Source: Spirogloea muscicola
Lineage: Eukaryota
Direction of reading: 5' to 3'
Assembly: GCA_009602725.1 (NCBI GenBank)
Contig: WELB01000014.1
Coordinates: forward strand, 970,437-1,034,436
DNA length: 64,000 nt
Position 1 is the stretch's first letter. The number at the start of each line of letters is the position of its first letter. Shown in pieces: positions 1 to 12,826 of this stretch. The notes beneath the pieces are model-generated. The model made no database searches. It saw nothing but the letters and a program-made list of their open reading frames with translations, and had not been told where the DNA came from. The position numbers and the translations under genes are program-made.

Positions 1-1136
1 CCCCCCCCCCCCCCCCCCCCCCCTTCCCCTGTGTCAATTCTTTCGGCCACTTTGCCGAGCCTGTGACCTTAGATTGATATGCCATGTAAATTGGCCCATT
101 GACTTTGGCGTAATGTTTACAGCTGCTTAAGTGAGGTTTGAGCATGGAATGCCAATCTATTTTCTAGAACCTGACTGTGCATACTCCAGAAAGGAAAGTC
201 TTTGACAGCACAGCTCTAAGTGAGCTCAATGCCAAGTCTACAGCACGAATGCCGTCTTGACCCCTTTGCCATAACTGCACATTGGAAGCTTCAAATGGTT
301 GAGGGAAACTGTCCGTGTGACATCAGCTGAATGCTTGATGTGAATCATTATACATCCGTTGAGTTGGTACCAGCAGTTTCTGTTCATATGCCAGCTTTAG
401 CGAAGCTTTGCACAGTGTGAGAGGTGTCACTTAGAACGGGCGGCGCCTTTTCCTTAGTGTCCAGATTGCAATATTGAGTGGCCACCCAAAGTACAGGAAG
501 TGCGACTAGCAACCAGCAGAGAAGGCAATTGATACATGACTGACACATGATTGCCTTAAGAACGACAAAGCCACGACCACAATGTCCTTGTGTGATTACT
601 TGGCAAGTTGCAAGCACGATACAGGACTGAGTGGCTGGGGAAGGACAAGGTGCAGAAAGCCTGCAGAAAGATGGGCCGCTCCGGCGCTTGCTCTGAACCC
701 TGACCTTTGACATCGCAGTTTCAGACTGCCAACTGTCGAAGCTGAATCACTTGTATTTTAACATGTGGATTCACCCTGACACCCAGGAAATGAAGCCAGG
801 ACATAACATTGGGACTCCCTTACTGAGCGGGTCAATCTGCTGTAGGTTACGTAGATCTTTAGATGTGCTTGCCTTTGTACTTGGCCATTGGCCTAAGTTT
901 GTTTCAAATACACGAAATTTTACCGTACTGAAAGCCAACACGCTGCGGGCTCGTGAACAGTTACCAGCAACTGCAGTCGCTTGCAGTAGCGCGCGCTCGC
1001 CACTAGGTGCTGCTGGCCGACTCAGCGTGAGTGGCGAGGCAGGCTTCCAGAAAGCAGCACGTCTGGGCCTTGGCGGCGGCTGCGGCAGCGGGCAGCGCCA
1101 GAAGTGGGTGCTGCGGAGGCCAGTCCACTGAAGCGC

Positions 1137-4100
1137 ATGGCCCACGTCGGCGCAGCGACGGCCGCGCTGTCGTCGACTGCGATCACGGCGCGCCGTTGCG
1201 GCGGAGCGGCGCGCCGGCGGCCTTGGCGGCCCACCTTGGTGACGCCTCGCCATCGTTCTGCAGCGGCCGCGGCCACGCCGCCTGAGGACCCAGCTCCCAG
1301 GGACGCCGCCGCCGCCGCCGCCGGGCCGGTGCTGCTCATCGGCAAGACGTGGTGAGTCGCCGCCGCTACCACTTCCGCTGAGACGACGGCGATATGGCAA
1401 TGCTGCTACTGTTACAGCCTCTGTTTGCTGAGCGGGAGCCGCCATTGCCCAATTGAAGGCCCGAGCACCGGAGCACGGCGGCCGGCGTCCGCCTCTGGCA
1501 GCTGGCGCGGGCCTTCCAGCGGCGTGGCCATGCTGTGGCCTTTGCCAGGTGCGAGCTCGGCCTTGCTGCTGCTCAGTGGAGCTCCGGGCACAGGACCCTC
1601 TGCATGCACCTGGCTTGGCTTTCGCAGCCCCTCGTTTAGTGTCAGCAGCCGCAATCTTCTGAGCACCAGACCCTTCAGGCCCTCCTGAGCACTCACGCCA
1701 CATCGTTTACCCAAACCCTGCTCTTAAACCCATCTTGACACTTTATAACATCTGATCTTGAATCCCTGCACTTGGTGCTCATGCTATGCCGGAATGATGG
1801 TTGGCGGTAGCTGTGGCCCATCTGGCGAGCTTAGTAGATGACGACTTCTGCTGGGATGCACATGCAGTCCATGCCGGCAGAATGAGTACGTGACGGAGCT
1901 GGAGGCTGCTGGCATTGCTACATTCCACTGCCTTCCCAACAAGTACAGCACCGCCCTGATCGCCGCGGCGCGTGTGCATGGTGGGCATGCTGGCCGCCCG
2001 CACCATCGACCACAATGCAGGCGCCTGCACTGGGGCCAGCTTTCTGCTGATACAAGCAGCACATGGGCTGTCACTGCCGCTTGCGCCGCGGCAGTGAGGA
2101 GCGCTTTGCGGCGATCCTGCGCGACGTGCGACCCCAAATCTGCATCTTCGACAGGTTAGCATGGGACTACCAATTCAAGAGTCCAACTGCGTCACTAAGC
2201 CATGCCACAGGCGCTGTACTTCAAGGCGTCCAGCAGTGGCAAGCCAGGGCAACGTCGACGCTGTCGGCCTTGGCTCAGAGCCGCCGGGGTTGACGGTGCC
2301 GCAGGTTCACAATCGAGGAGGCCTTCTCATTCCGCGTACGAGAGCTCTGCCCCGGCGCCCTCCGCGTCCTCGACACGTGCGACCTCCACTTCCTCCAGCT
2401 CGGTACGGAAACCCATCGACTGTGGATGACTCCAACCCACCACATGAAACCTAGACGGGAGGCGCTGTTTCACATCAGGAATCAGCAGTATAGATGAGCA
2501 GCCTCTGCCTGCGCGCCGCTCAAGCACCAATTGTGCCCATTGTTGTGCTCGGTTGGACGCTGGATCTTAACTAAGAGGTGGTTAATGATGCATGGGAGCG
2601 GCCCAGGCAGAATGGGCGTAGTCAGAAAGGGGGGCTCCATCTTGGAGGCCCTGCATCACCGTCCGGTGGCCACGTCGGCTGAACTCGTCCGCGAGCTCTC
2701 CGCCATTCACCGCTCGGACCTTGCCCTGGTCCGCGCCCTACAACACTGTGCTCCTTGCTGGGTCATGGACATCAGCGGCACACATTGCTGTGCCTGGTGA
2801 TATGTATGATTTCGTCGTGTTTGCCCTGGATCCAAACATACAGTTAAATTACAAATCACACTCTAAGCATCAATGCTTCAATGCATTTGTCAATCTATCG
2901 TACACAGATGCGACAACCATCAATCTGCAGTCCGTCTTTGCACTCATGCTTTCCCGTTCCTCACTGGCTTGTTGGCTGCTCAGGTGTGCTCGGCTTTCGA
3001 GCAGCGCCTTCTTGTGGACTGCTACAGTGTGCCGGCCCACAAGGTCGCCCTTGCGTCCTTCTACTACTCACCACCCCCCCCTTCGGCCGTAGCGCTCACC
3101 TTCGAGAACCGCAAGCACTTTGTTACCATTGGTGAGCACATGGAGGCTGCGCCCATTCTTCGTCTCCTTGTTTGTGTCCATTTGCTTGGCACTTAGGAGC
3201 AAGCTGTAAGGCTCGTGTCGTGTCCTTCATGATTGCCTAAGCAAGAGCTGCATAAATACACCTAATCCCTGAAATTCCTCGTAGACGTGATCCTGGACCT
3301 GTGATTGTAAGCTCATGGGCGTGCCGAATGCCTATTGCATACAGTTCGGTGCAGCCGCTCCACTCTGGTGGTGAGCTGCCGGCCTGTTTGCTGTGTCCAG
3401 GTAACTTCAAGCACCCGCCAAACCGCGATTCTGTGGAGTGGCTGGCGATGGAGCTGTGGCCCAGAATCCGGAAGGAGGTGCAGCTTGCCAGCCCGTCCAC
3501 CTGTTAGGTGCCCGGCAAGGCTGCCACGCCATCTGTCGCTTCTCAACATAGATCAGTCTGCTTGCGACGACTCCCACGGGCGCAGCTGCCGGCTGCGGAG
3601 TGCCACGTCTACGGCGCGTTCATGGACTGGGCCGACCTGGCGCTCCAGAACACTCAAGCAGGCTTCCTCGTCAAAGGCCATGCGCCATCGCTGGCGATGC
3701 TTGCCTCGTACCGAGGTGAGCACAGCCCAATGTGCAGTAGCTGCTGCAGCTGCTCGGTTAGGTGGACCTATCAAGGTGCAGCATTGAAGATTAGGGATAA
3801 CACTCGACCCTAGACAGAAGCCTTTCACCTAAATGATTAAGTCCTTGACCTGAAACAATTCTGGGCACTGCTAAATTCTACTTATTGCATCATTCAGTAT
3901 GCCTGGCGCCGCTGCGCTTTGGAGCGGGCCTCAAGGGCAAGATCTTAGATAGCTGGCACCACGGCCTGCCGGCGTGCACGACGCCGATCGGCAGCGAGGG
4001 CCTTGGTGCCCCCTTGGCGACTCTGGACGCCTTGCAGCCGGCGGGCGCCGGCGGAGATGCTGGAAAGCGGTGGCAATGTGGCGGCGGAGGCACTTGGGGA

Positions 4101-4853
4101 GGCCTTGAGGGAGCCACAGCCGAGGAGTTTGTGCGAAACTCAGTACGGCTCTACCAGGACGGGCAGCTGTGGGCCGCATGCCAGGCCAAGGTGATGGCTC
4201 CTTACATGCCGCACAGCTGTTAATGTCGCTCTAAGGCCTTCCCGTTGGCTTCGAGATTTGGAAGATCCGTGAATCTAGGGCCTTGGGCATTACTAAAATT
4301 GATGGTATGAATCGGGGCTTGATTGCCGCAACATTGCTGGTTTACTTTCTGACTGCTCGTCCTTACGAGGCACCTGTCTGTAAGGACCTGACACACCTGC
4401 ATTTTGACACTTTGGGAGGCAATCTGCATCTAGAATGCATACACCATTGATGGAACTAAAAGAGAGGCCTTCATCTGGATGGAGCAGGGGTTTGAGATCT
4501 TGGAGTCCACCTTCTCATTGGATTGCAATGAGCGGCTGCTTGGCCTTGCCATGGACACAGCTCTCCAAGACGTGCACGACAACCGCGCCTCTGATTTCGT
4601 GGGGGTGAGGATTCAATCTGCCATCAAAGCCTGACATGTTAATTAAGATGCTGTTAGTTGACTGCTCCACAGCTTAACACAATTTACTGGAGATGATTTC
4701 TGGGGAGACCTTTGTGATCACCCGACAGGTTTACTTACTACACGAGATGCTCTCTATCAACTGCAGGCCATGCTTTGGTACCACACAGTGCGCTCAACTG
4801 AGTACTTCTCCCGCTGGATTGAGCTCAAGGAGAGGAGCACCAGCAAAACGTGA
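1137..4853 (+). CDS. Spliced gene for a GT-B (GT4 / Glyco_trans_1_4-like) glycosyltransferase of a mainly bacterial subfamily
   Basis: About 11 GT-AG exons join in frame: LLIGKTW|PEHRSTAAGVRL, IFDR|FTIEEAF, LRVLDTCDLHFL, RELSAIHRSDLAL, FVTIG|NFKHPPNRDSVEWL, CLAPLRFGAGLKGK, TTPIGSEG, ending STEYFSRWIELKERSTSKT* (TGA 4851-4853). The Ala/Arg/Ser-rich N-terminus from ATG 1137 resembles an organellar transit peptide. Confidence 0.85.
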
Positions 4854-5275
4854 CAATCAACAGCCATACCACCACAATACAAGTATTGAACGTAGAGTGG
4901 GTTAACACATGCCTTAAAGGATCACATTTCTGAGCGATTTGTGCAAGATGCAGTATAAGTAAAGTGCACTAGTATTCCTCAAAGGCAGAGTCTTTCACTT
5001 CAGGTCAGCAGCATACGAAGCTCCACCTCTGACCACAGCCCGAAGAACGCATGTCGGATCAAGATTAGGAGTTGCTCATCCAAGTTCAAGTCTTCCTCAT
5101 TAGGCTGCTGCAATCTTGTCCTTGCTTGTGAAGTGCATGCAGACAATTAGCATCCATGTAAATGTCCGCTAAGTGTTGCCACTTCTATTTGGAGTGGCTG
5201 CACACTTAATGGCTTCTATCAGAATGTCATAATTGTAGCAGATACAAAGAATCAAGTGGGAGGTGGAAAGTAAAG

Positions 5276-8200
5276 CTACGAGCCCACAAGGAACTCGCTC
5301 TCGGACGCCTGCAGCGTCTGGTGCAGGCCAATGGCCTTTGTCCCGTCGTCAAAATCGTTGCCCTCTATGTACCTGCAAACTAGTGTCCTCTGTTAGGTTC
5401 GGCAAACCAGTCAAAGGAGGAGCCTGACACGCTGCACAGACAGCATGCAACCCGCGAGCTTGACTGCGAGTGCCCGGCAGGTCGTGCTGTGGTCACAAGT
5501 GGCTAATGCAAATGTAGTAGTAAGTTAGGATGTGGAAGCAAGTTGTAGAACCTGCAGAGAGCTAGCCCTTAGTCCATACCTAGGACCTGATATATGAGGA
5601 AGGCACGAAGTAGCCTAGGCGCACAATGAACAGCTTCACTCACATCTCTTGGAGGCTGGGATGCTTGGTGAAGGTGCTGGGGATGCTGCCAACGAGGCGG
5701 TTATTATTCAGGTACCTGTCCAGCGATGGCAACCTCCAGTCAGAAAATCACAGGACCCTTGGTACTTGCACATTCATATGCTAATTTAAACCCTATCATG
5801 ACATCAAGATTGCAGGCTGCTAGGCATCTCATAAGCAGCTCAGGATGGCCCATGCTGCCTGTCTGGCCGAAGAGTCAGAAGCCCATAACTTGGAGCCTAG
5901 AGCCTAAGCTCCAGCACCCTTTACAGTCAATTGGTCCGAAAAGGATTCGGAGAAAACCTGTGCTTGCAATATGACTGGTAGACTAAGGTAAAGACTAAGA
6001 GAGGAGGCAGGGTGGGGGAAGGTGGGAGTGATTTAGGCGACTGAATGGTGCTGCATTCACTCATACAGGAAGGTGAGGACTGGGAGGCTTGCAAGCTCCT
6101 CTGGAACCGTCCCCCGGAGATGATTGTGCGACAGATACCTAGCAGTGGACGCCAGCAAAATCAGAAAGCCCACTGAGAAAGAGGACTAGGCTAGAAGCAA
6201 ATAGACAAAGTGAATGACGGGTGTTGCATGCAGCTTTCGACTTCTAGAGCTTGACACTTCTAGGGGGGCTATTGGTCCTCACAGGATCTCCAGCAGCTGG
6301 AGCTTCACAAGTGCTCTAGGTATGGTGCCCGTCAGCTTGTTGTTGTTCAGGTAGCTGCCAACAATTGCAGAGAAGAATTCCCACAAGCTCTGGCGTCAAT
6401 CACTTGGAGGGGTTCCCCTCCACGTCGCAGTGCACATTGTTCTAAGCACTTGCGGCGTTGCGATGCTTGGATACTCAAGCATGAATAGGAGAGTCCCCAC
6501 TAAACATAGGAGGGAGGTGAGACGGCGCGAGTGGGGGGGGAAGGGGGGGAGGGGGGGTCGTCCAAAGGGAGTGCTGGCGGCAGCTTGCAACAGCAAACAG
6601 CAATACCCAATCTATTGCAATGAACCACCAAGAGAATGGCCGACTGAAACTCGAAGTGGAGGCCAGGATGGACGGACTAGGGCCTTGCTGCAGGCAAGTT
6701 GGTTCATGAAGACAAGATCGACCCTCAAGTCCATGTCGAGCAGGGGTCGTACAGAGAGCGCAGAGAGGGGAAGCAGCCATGCTTGGCGACCACACTATTG
6801 ATGGTGCCGGTGAGGAGGTTATTGCTCAAGTCCCTGCAGGCTCGCCAGGCCACGAGAGCGACAATTAGCAGGTCAGGCATTTGAGTGACAGTCTTCACGG
6901 ACAGCGCCGTCAAGCAATGATTTGAAGTTGCTAGCAAGCCAAAGTAATTGCATAAGCATTACCTTTAGCTGCTGTGCATGATGGGATCTTGAGAGTGAAA
7001 ATTACAAAATAAATGGAAGTGCAGCAGCTACACAGTATGATAAGTTTGTCATTGTCAAACCCAATACTTTGAAAGCTATATTGTTGCACACAGAAGCACA
7101 AAGTAGCATCAAATCAAATCCAGTACTGTAAGATGACCAAGCAGATGACATTACAAGATAAACTGGAACCCTTAGTTACTATCTGGGTTGGTCTCTCACA
7201 GGTGGCGGAGATGCTTCAAACGCCCCAACTCCGGTGGGATGTCCCCTGTGAAGCGGTTCTCGTGCAAAAGAAGGTAACGAAGATCTGCGAGATTACCCAA
7301 CGCCGATGGAATGTGGCCTCGCAGGCTGTTGAAGCTCAGCGACCTGCGGAGGCAAGGCGGACACGTTACTTGGGCTACTGGCGGCGGCGGCCCAAAACGA
7401 GGAAAGGCGAGAAGTCTCAAGCACAGCGCTCGTTTACGAAGCCAACGGCCGGTTGGCTCACAGGTATTGGAGGCTATGGAGGCTGCCAAGCTCCGGAGGC
7501 AGCTCCTTCTCCAGCTTGTTCCACCGCAGGTTCCTGCAGAGCCAGGAAATGTCAGGCACTACCGAGCCGAGCTGCCCTATGCTGCCGACGAGCTGATGCA
7601 GCTGCTCCTCAGCACGCGACAAGCTTTAGCGAGTGGCCGACATAACGCCCATGCCGATGTCAGTTGACGAGACAATGTCGTGGGGCCACAGAAGTGCTAT
7701 TGAAGTTGGATTTACAAGGCATTCACAGCACAGCCCAAAGTACAATGTATGGAGATAGGGACCAGGTTGTGGAACTACAAGTCAGACGTAGTGTCAGGAT
7801 ATACAACCATGTTGGGGTGCCCGACGGAGAATACTACCAGGGAATCAAAAGCAATGAAGAAGAAAGTTCAGGCTGCTGTCTCACAGGACTTCGAGATGGG
7901 TGAGATTGGCAATCTCAGGCGGAATGGGCCCCGTGAGCCGGTTGCTGTGCATGTCCCTGGCCAGTGCCGCGCCAGTGAGGATAGGCACCTTCAGGAGTTG
8001 TTGGCGCCTCAGTCCGACGCACTCGCCCAGGATGGAGGATACGGGAGGATGGCGGACATGGGAGGAGTAACGGAAGGAGCTGCACTTCATTGCTGGCGGC
8101 TCAGACTAGCGCTAACTATAGGTAATGAAAGGGCTTAGGGTTTAGGGTTCAGGTTTAGCGTGAGGGTTTCGGGTTCAGGTGCTGGCAGCAGAGGGGGCAC

Positions 8201-8966
8201 CGCACGGGAGCAGCGGAGAGCGGGCTCCCTCACAGCTTCCGGAGGTCGGCGAGGCGCGTGAGTGCCAGCGGGAAGGGCCCCGTGATCGCCGCCTGCGCCA
8301 GCTGGCTGAGCGCAACGCGTGCCAGGCGCAGCGGCAAGGGTGGCCGTCAGTAGTCTCCACCTACATTGAACTCCTGGAACAGCTTTTGCATTTCGAATTG
8401 TGTTCATGGCTCTGTAGTATTTAGCTACAGGTTTTCATGGCTTCTATCTTATCATATGCTACGAGTACAAAGAGTCAGGGCATTGCATGAAATGGTCAAG
8501 AATGAGGCAAGAAATGACAAGACAAGACTTTGACAGCCACGACAGATGCTCTCAGACACATAATCCATGAAGCTTGGAGCCTGGGCCATGCGTCGCGCCT
8601 GCGCTCCGCGCCAAAGCCTGCTCACTTACTTGCGTCCCCTAAACACTAAACACCCTTAACCCCGAACCCTAACCCCCTAACCGAAATCCATTGTCGTAGA
8701 CCCTGAGCCGGCACCTGCGGCGCTGCAAGGGGAGAGGGTTTAGGGTTAGGGTTCGGGGGGCTCACAGGCCAACGACGGCGCTGTCACCGCCGGGCAGCGG
8801 AGTGGAGCAGACCACGCCATCCCAGGGGCGCGCCCCGCCGCCGCTCCCGCCGCCGCCTCCGCTGCCGTCGCCGCCGCCGCCGCCGCCGCCGCAGGGGTCG
8901 TCGCCCGCCCAGCCGTACACGACGCGCCACCCCAGGTAGGGCTTCAGCTCATTGAGCGCGTCCACT
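5276..8966 (-). CDS. Extracellular leucine-rich-repeat protein (LRRNT plus plant-type LRRs, At5g61240-like); first exon lies in the N gap
   Basis: VDALNELKPYLGWRVVYGWAGDDPC...PWDGVVCS N-cap, followed by roughly 72-bp exons encoding LxxNxLtGxIP repeats (DMHSNRLTGPIPPEIANLTHLEVL; LSFNSLRGHIPSALGNL; LHENRFTGDIPPELG). C-terminus YIEGNDFDDGTKAIGLHQTLQASESEFLVGS* with no kinase domain. Confidence 0.9.
8134..8760. repeat. Telomere-like repeat clusters in early introns of the LRR gene, in both orientations
   Basis: ttagggtttagggttcagg (8135-8180), aaccccgaaccctaaccccctaacc (8640-8690), gggtttagggttagggttcgggg (8736-8760). Confidence 0.8.
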
Positions 8967-9062
8967 GCGCAGGAGCAGGGGGCCAGCAATGAGCATCGTC
9001 GGCGTGCTGCGGCGCTTCCGCTGCCGCATCACCACGGCCACCGCCGTGATTTACGCCGACTT

Positions 9063-9101
<39 letters not shown>

Positions 9102-9148
9102 CAGGCGGCGCCAGGCGCCGCTGTGGGGAGGGACGCGCGTGATCACAC

Positions 9149-9971
9149 NNNNNNNNNNNNNNNNNNNNNNNNNNNNNNNNNNNNNNNNNNNNNNNNNNNN
9201 NNNNNNNNNNNNNNNNNNNNNNNNNNNNNNNNNNNNNNNNNNNNNNNNNNNNNNNNNNNNNNNNNNNNNNNNNNNNNNNNNNNNNNNNNNNNNNNNNNNN
9301 NNNNNNNNNNNNNNNNNNNNNNNNNNNNNNNNNNNNNNNNNNNNNNNNNNNNNNNNNNNNNNNNNNNNNNNNNNNNNNNNNNNNNNNNNNNNNNNNNNNN
9401 NNNNNNNNNNNNNNNNNNNNNNNNNNNNNNNNNNNNNNNNNNNNNNNNNNNNNNNNNNNNNNNNNNNNNNNNNNNNNNNNNNNNNNNNNNNNNNNNNNNN
9501 NNNNNNNNNNNNNNNNNNNNNNNNNNNNNNNNNNNNNNNNNNNNNNNNNNNNNNNNNNNNNNNNNNNNNNNNNNNNNNNNNNNNNNNNNNNNNNNNNNNN
9601 NNNNNNNNNNNNNNNNNNNNNNNNNNNNNNNNNNNNNNNNNNNNNNNNNNNNNNNNNNNNNNNNNNNNNNNNNNNNNNNNNNNNNNNNNNNNNNNNNNNN
9701 NNNNNNNNNNNNNNNNNNNNNNNNNNNNNNNNNNNNNNNNNNNNNNNNNNNNNNNNNNNNNNNNNNNNNNNNNNNNNNNNNNNNNNNNNNNNNNNNNNNN
9801 NNNNNNNNNNNNNNNNNNNNNNNNNNNNNNNNNNNNNNNNNNNNNNNNNNNNNNNNNNNNNNNNNNNNNNNNNNNNNNNNNNNNNNNNNNNNNNNNNNNN
9901 NNNNNNNNNNNNNNNNNNNNNNNNNNNNNNNNNNNNNNNNNNNNNNNNNNNNNNNNNNNNNNNNNNNNNNN
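9149..9971. other. Assembly gap (further gaps at 12827-13540 and 59728-60567; single-N joins at 23648, 39092, 42452)
   Basis: Runs of N, each flanked by GGC/GCC-rich sequence at divergent gene 5' ends. Confidence 1.
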
Positions 9972-11576
9972 CGGCAGCACGGACGAGGCCAGCCCCAAGG
10001 CCCGGCGCCGCGAGCCCGCGTTCCGCCTCCGGCGCTCCGGCCTGGCGCTGCCAGCCGATCGCCGCGTGCGCGCCCGGCAGCCATTGCTGCAGGACGAGCC
10101 GGCAGCCCTGCCAGCACAAGCTGCGGCCGGCCCCTCGCTGTGTGAGGCGGCCCAGGTACAGGCTGGCGTCGGCGTCTCAGTCTCCGCCGCCGGACTGACC
10201 GGCGCTGCGGTGCTGGCCGGCCAAGGGCAGGGTTCCGTTTCCTACGACGCCGTGGGCATCGACGTGGAGAGCCGGGGGGCGGGCGCGGAGGGCAACGGCC
10301 CGTCCGTCGGCAGCGCCGCCAACTGGGACCACCACAGCGAGGATGCCGGCGGTAGCGCCGCCACTGCCACAGAGGACGGCGCCGACAGCGCAGTCGAGGT
10401 GGACAATCCCGCGGCCGCTACCACCGCCGGCGGCCCTGAGGAGAGCGCGCCGCAGCCCGGGTGGCGGTCGCTCCTGGAGGACTACCTTGCTGGAAAGCCC
10501 GTGCGCTTCGACTCGTGGCGGGCGCCCAAGGTGCGGTCACGGCAGGCGCGAGTGGAGACGCAGGCCGGTGCGTGGCGGCAGCTCCGTCCGGCACTAGCGG
10601 CGGCACAGGTGGCACTGCGCGCTGCGCCCGCCACCCCAGCTGTGTGCGCTACCTGCGCCACCGCGCCAGCGGCGGTGGTGTGCCACTCGTGCCGCTCGTG
10701 CTCGCCAGTCTACCTCTGTGAGCGCTGCGATGCTGGTTGGCACTGCTTTGCGCACGTGCATCGCCGCCAGTGGTGGTTGCGCGGCGCACTTGAGGATCTT
10801 GGCCCCTGCACGGAGCTCGTGCGTGCCAATCCTGTCACCAGCAACAGCGGCGGCGGCGGCAGCGGCGGTCTTTCTGCGGTATTTGTGCCTAAGCACTTCG
10901 ACGCCCGGCCGCTGCGGTGCAACGGATGCGGCGCGGGTGCATGGGCTGACCCCCCCGTGCTCCTAGACGAGGCCGTCGTCCTTGTGGCGCTTGTGCCCGG
11001 CGGTCGCCACGAGTTCCGCAAGGCCAAATACCGGTGCTCCGCGTGCGGCCTTCTTCAGAAACAGGGGCCTGCCGATTTTCTGCAGGTAATTGTCAAACAC
11101 CAAAGTCCAAAGAAGGTAAACAGTAAAGGCATCAGTCATTGTATGAAATGATTGGAGATCTTAAAGCAAGAGTGTCCATTTTGCAGGCTGGCGCATTCCC
11201 AGCGTCGCCTGGAGCCGGCCGCCTTCACACCCTATTTGCCGTCGACCTCTTCCGCCTCTGGGATGCGGTGTCACGTGCCCACCCGCTAGCCACCACGTCG
11301 GCATTCATTCAGAAGGTGGTTGGCGAAGCCGCCGGCAGCGGCGCCAAGCTGGATGTCCACGGTTTCGCCATTGCCTTCAAGGAGTGGCAACGGCTCTGCG
11401 CCAAGGACGAGCCGGGGCCGGCGCCGTCGGCGCCGGTGCCGGTGCTGCCGCTGCTGCCGCCGCTGTCGCCGTTGCCAACGCTGGCACCCCTGGCCTCATC
11501 TCTGACACCACAGCTGCCACTGCCGCTACCGCTGCTGCTGCCAGCAAGCACGCCGGAGCTTGCAGTGGACGGGTGA
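9972..11576 (+). mobile_element. Cysteine-cluster (CxC3-like) protein typical of the N-terminus of KDZ (Kyakuja-Dileera-Zisupton) transposases; 5' end in gap, no catalytic domain seen
   Basis: CATC...CHSCRSC...LCERCDAGWHCFAHVHRRQWW, then CNGC, VVLVALVPGGRHEF, YRCSAC, intron 11086-11186 (GT-AG), AGAFPASP...TLFAVDLFRLW...HPLATTSAF...FAIAFKEW. This layout matches my recollection of KDZ-associated CxC3 domains. Confidence 0.6.
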
Positions 11577-11865
11577 CGTCAGGCCCGGCCAGCACCCACA
11601 TTTAACATTCTGGGATTTCGTAGCAGCTAGACCATCATAGACGCGCTGGTGAGCGTGTACTTGATGAGATCCAGCACTGTGGTCGACATCGACGCCCATC
11701 TTCTGCTAAGCTCTGCAGTGGCCACCACATTCAAGTGTGAGATTGTCGCAGTACATCCACAGCTGCATGGTAGTGCGTCACCTCTGCCGCCACCACTGCC
11801 AGCAAAGTGCCAACCTGCAGCTTCCGACGGCGCCACAATAAAGTGCGCTGGCGAGCAGCAGGTCG

Positions 11866-12826
11866 TCACTTGGCAGGCAACGCTGTCCTCGACCAAGGCC
11901 CGCTCTTGCCGCCGTCCTTGAGCTCCAGGCGGATGTCCGTCAGCTCAGCCTCCTTGGACAATGCCTTGACCATGTCATAAACCGTGAGGCCCGCAATCGC
12001 GACGGCCGTGAGAGCCTCCATTTCGGCGCCCGTTGGCGCACGTGACACGACGTCCGCTCGCAAGACGATTGCGGCAGCAGAGGCGTCCAGCGCGAGGTCC
12101 ATGTGCACCTTGTCGACGAAGATATTGTGACAGAGCGGGATGAGGCTTGCGGCCTGCTTTGCGCCGGCGATGCCTGCAATCTGTGCCACTGATGTGCCAG
12201 CCAGCTCGCAAGAACACTGAGGTCGAGCTCCATAATTCTTCTGGATCAAGCACCCCTGTAGTTGTTGGACCTAACGAGCTTACAGTGGTATGTCATGCGG
12301 CATGTTGGTCATAGCCAGCTTACGAACTCTCTGTCAAGACGCAATCAATCTGATGGGAGCCTAAGGACTTAACCCTCTGCAATGTTGACTCCTGAAGTCA
12401 AACCTGAACGTGCAACGTTCATCCAAGCCCCTAAATTGATTATAATTCACGGTTAACATTCAGGGTTAGGGGGGATTGGAGGTTTAGGGTTTACTGGGGA
12501 GCTATGTGGCACTCGGCAATCGCATGCAAGTCAGCTCGAATGGTGGACGAAACCAGCGCAGCAATCTCTCGACAACAGCCATCGCTATCTGGCAGTTGGG
12601 TAACGAGAGCTCACCAGTGAGGACATCGCCCTTGGCGACCTGGTTGGCGCGCACGGCCTCGAAGGCGGCGCGGCCGAGGAGGACGCGGCCGGTAGCCACG
12701 GCGCGGCGCAGCGAGGCCGGCTTCTCGCTGACGTCCACCATGCAGGCCCTGCCGGCGGCGTCGACGTGCGTGAGGCCCTCGCCAGCGGCTCCTCCGCCGC
12801 CGCCGCCGTCGGCGCCTCCTGGGGGG
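11866..12826 (-). CDS. CNX3: Cyclic pyranopterin monophosphate synthase (MoaC family, molybdenum cofactor biosynthesis); 5' end in gap
   Basis: LTHVDAAGRACMVDVSEK...KGDVLT|VAQIAGIAGAKQAASLIPLCHNI...TGAEMEALTAVAIAGLTVYDMVKA...LELKDGGKSG, the MoaC signature motifs. Exons 12615-12826 and 11866-12188. Confidence 0.95.

Noticed and set aside
1..29. Poly-C run at the window start
   Set aside because: Simple homopolymer with no interpretable context.
5276..8966. LRR receptor kinase or NLR immune gene
   Set aside because: No transmembrane, kinase or NB-ARC domain; the protein ends shortly after the LRRs.
8944..11151. Long ORFs of 300-720 aa spanning N gaps (also 12502-13801 and 59483-61016)
   Set aside because: Artefacts of translating through N runs; the flanks belong to different genes.
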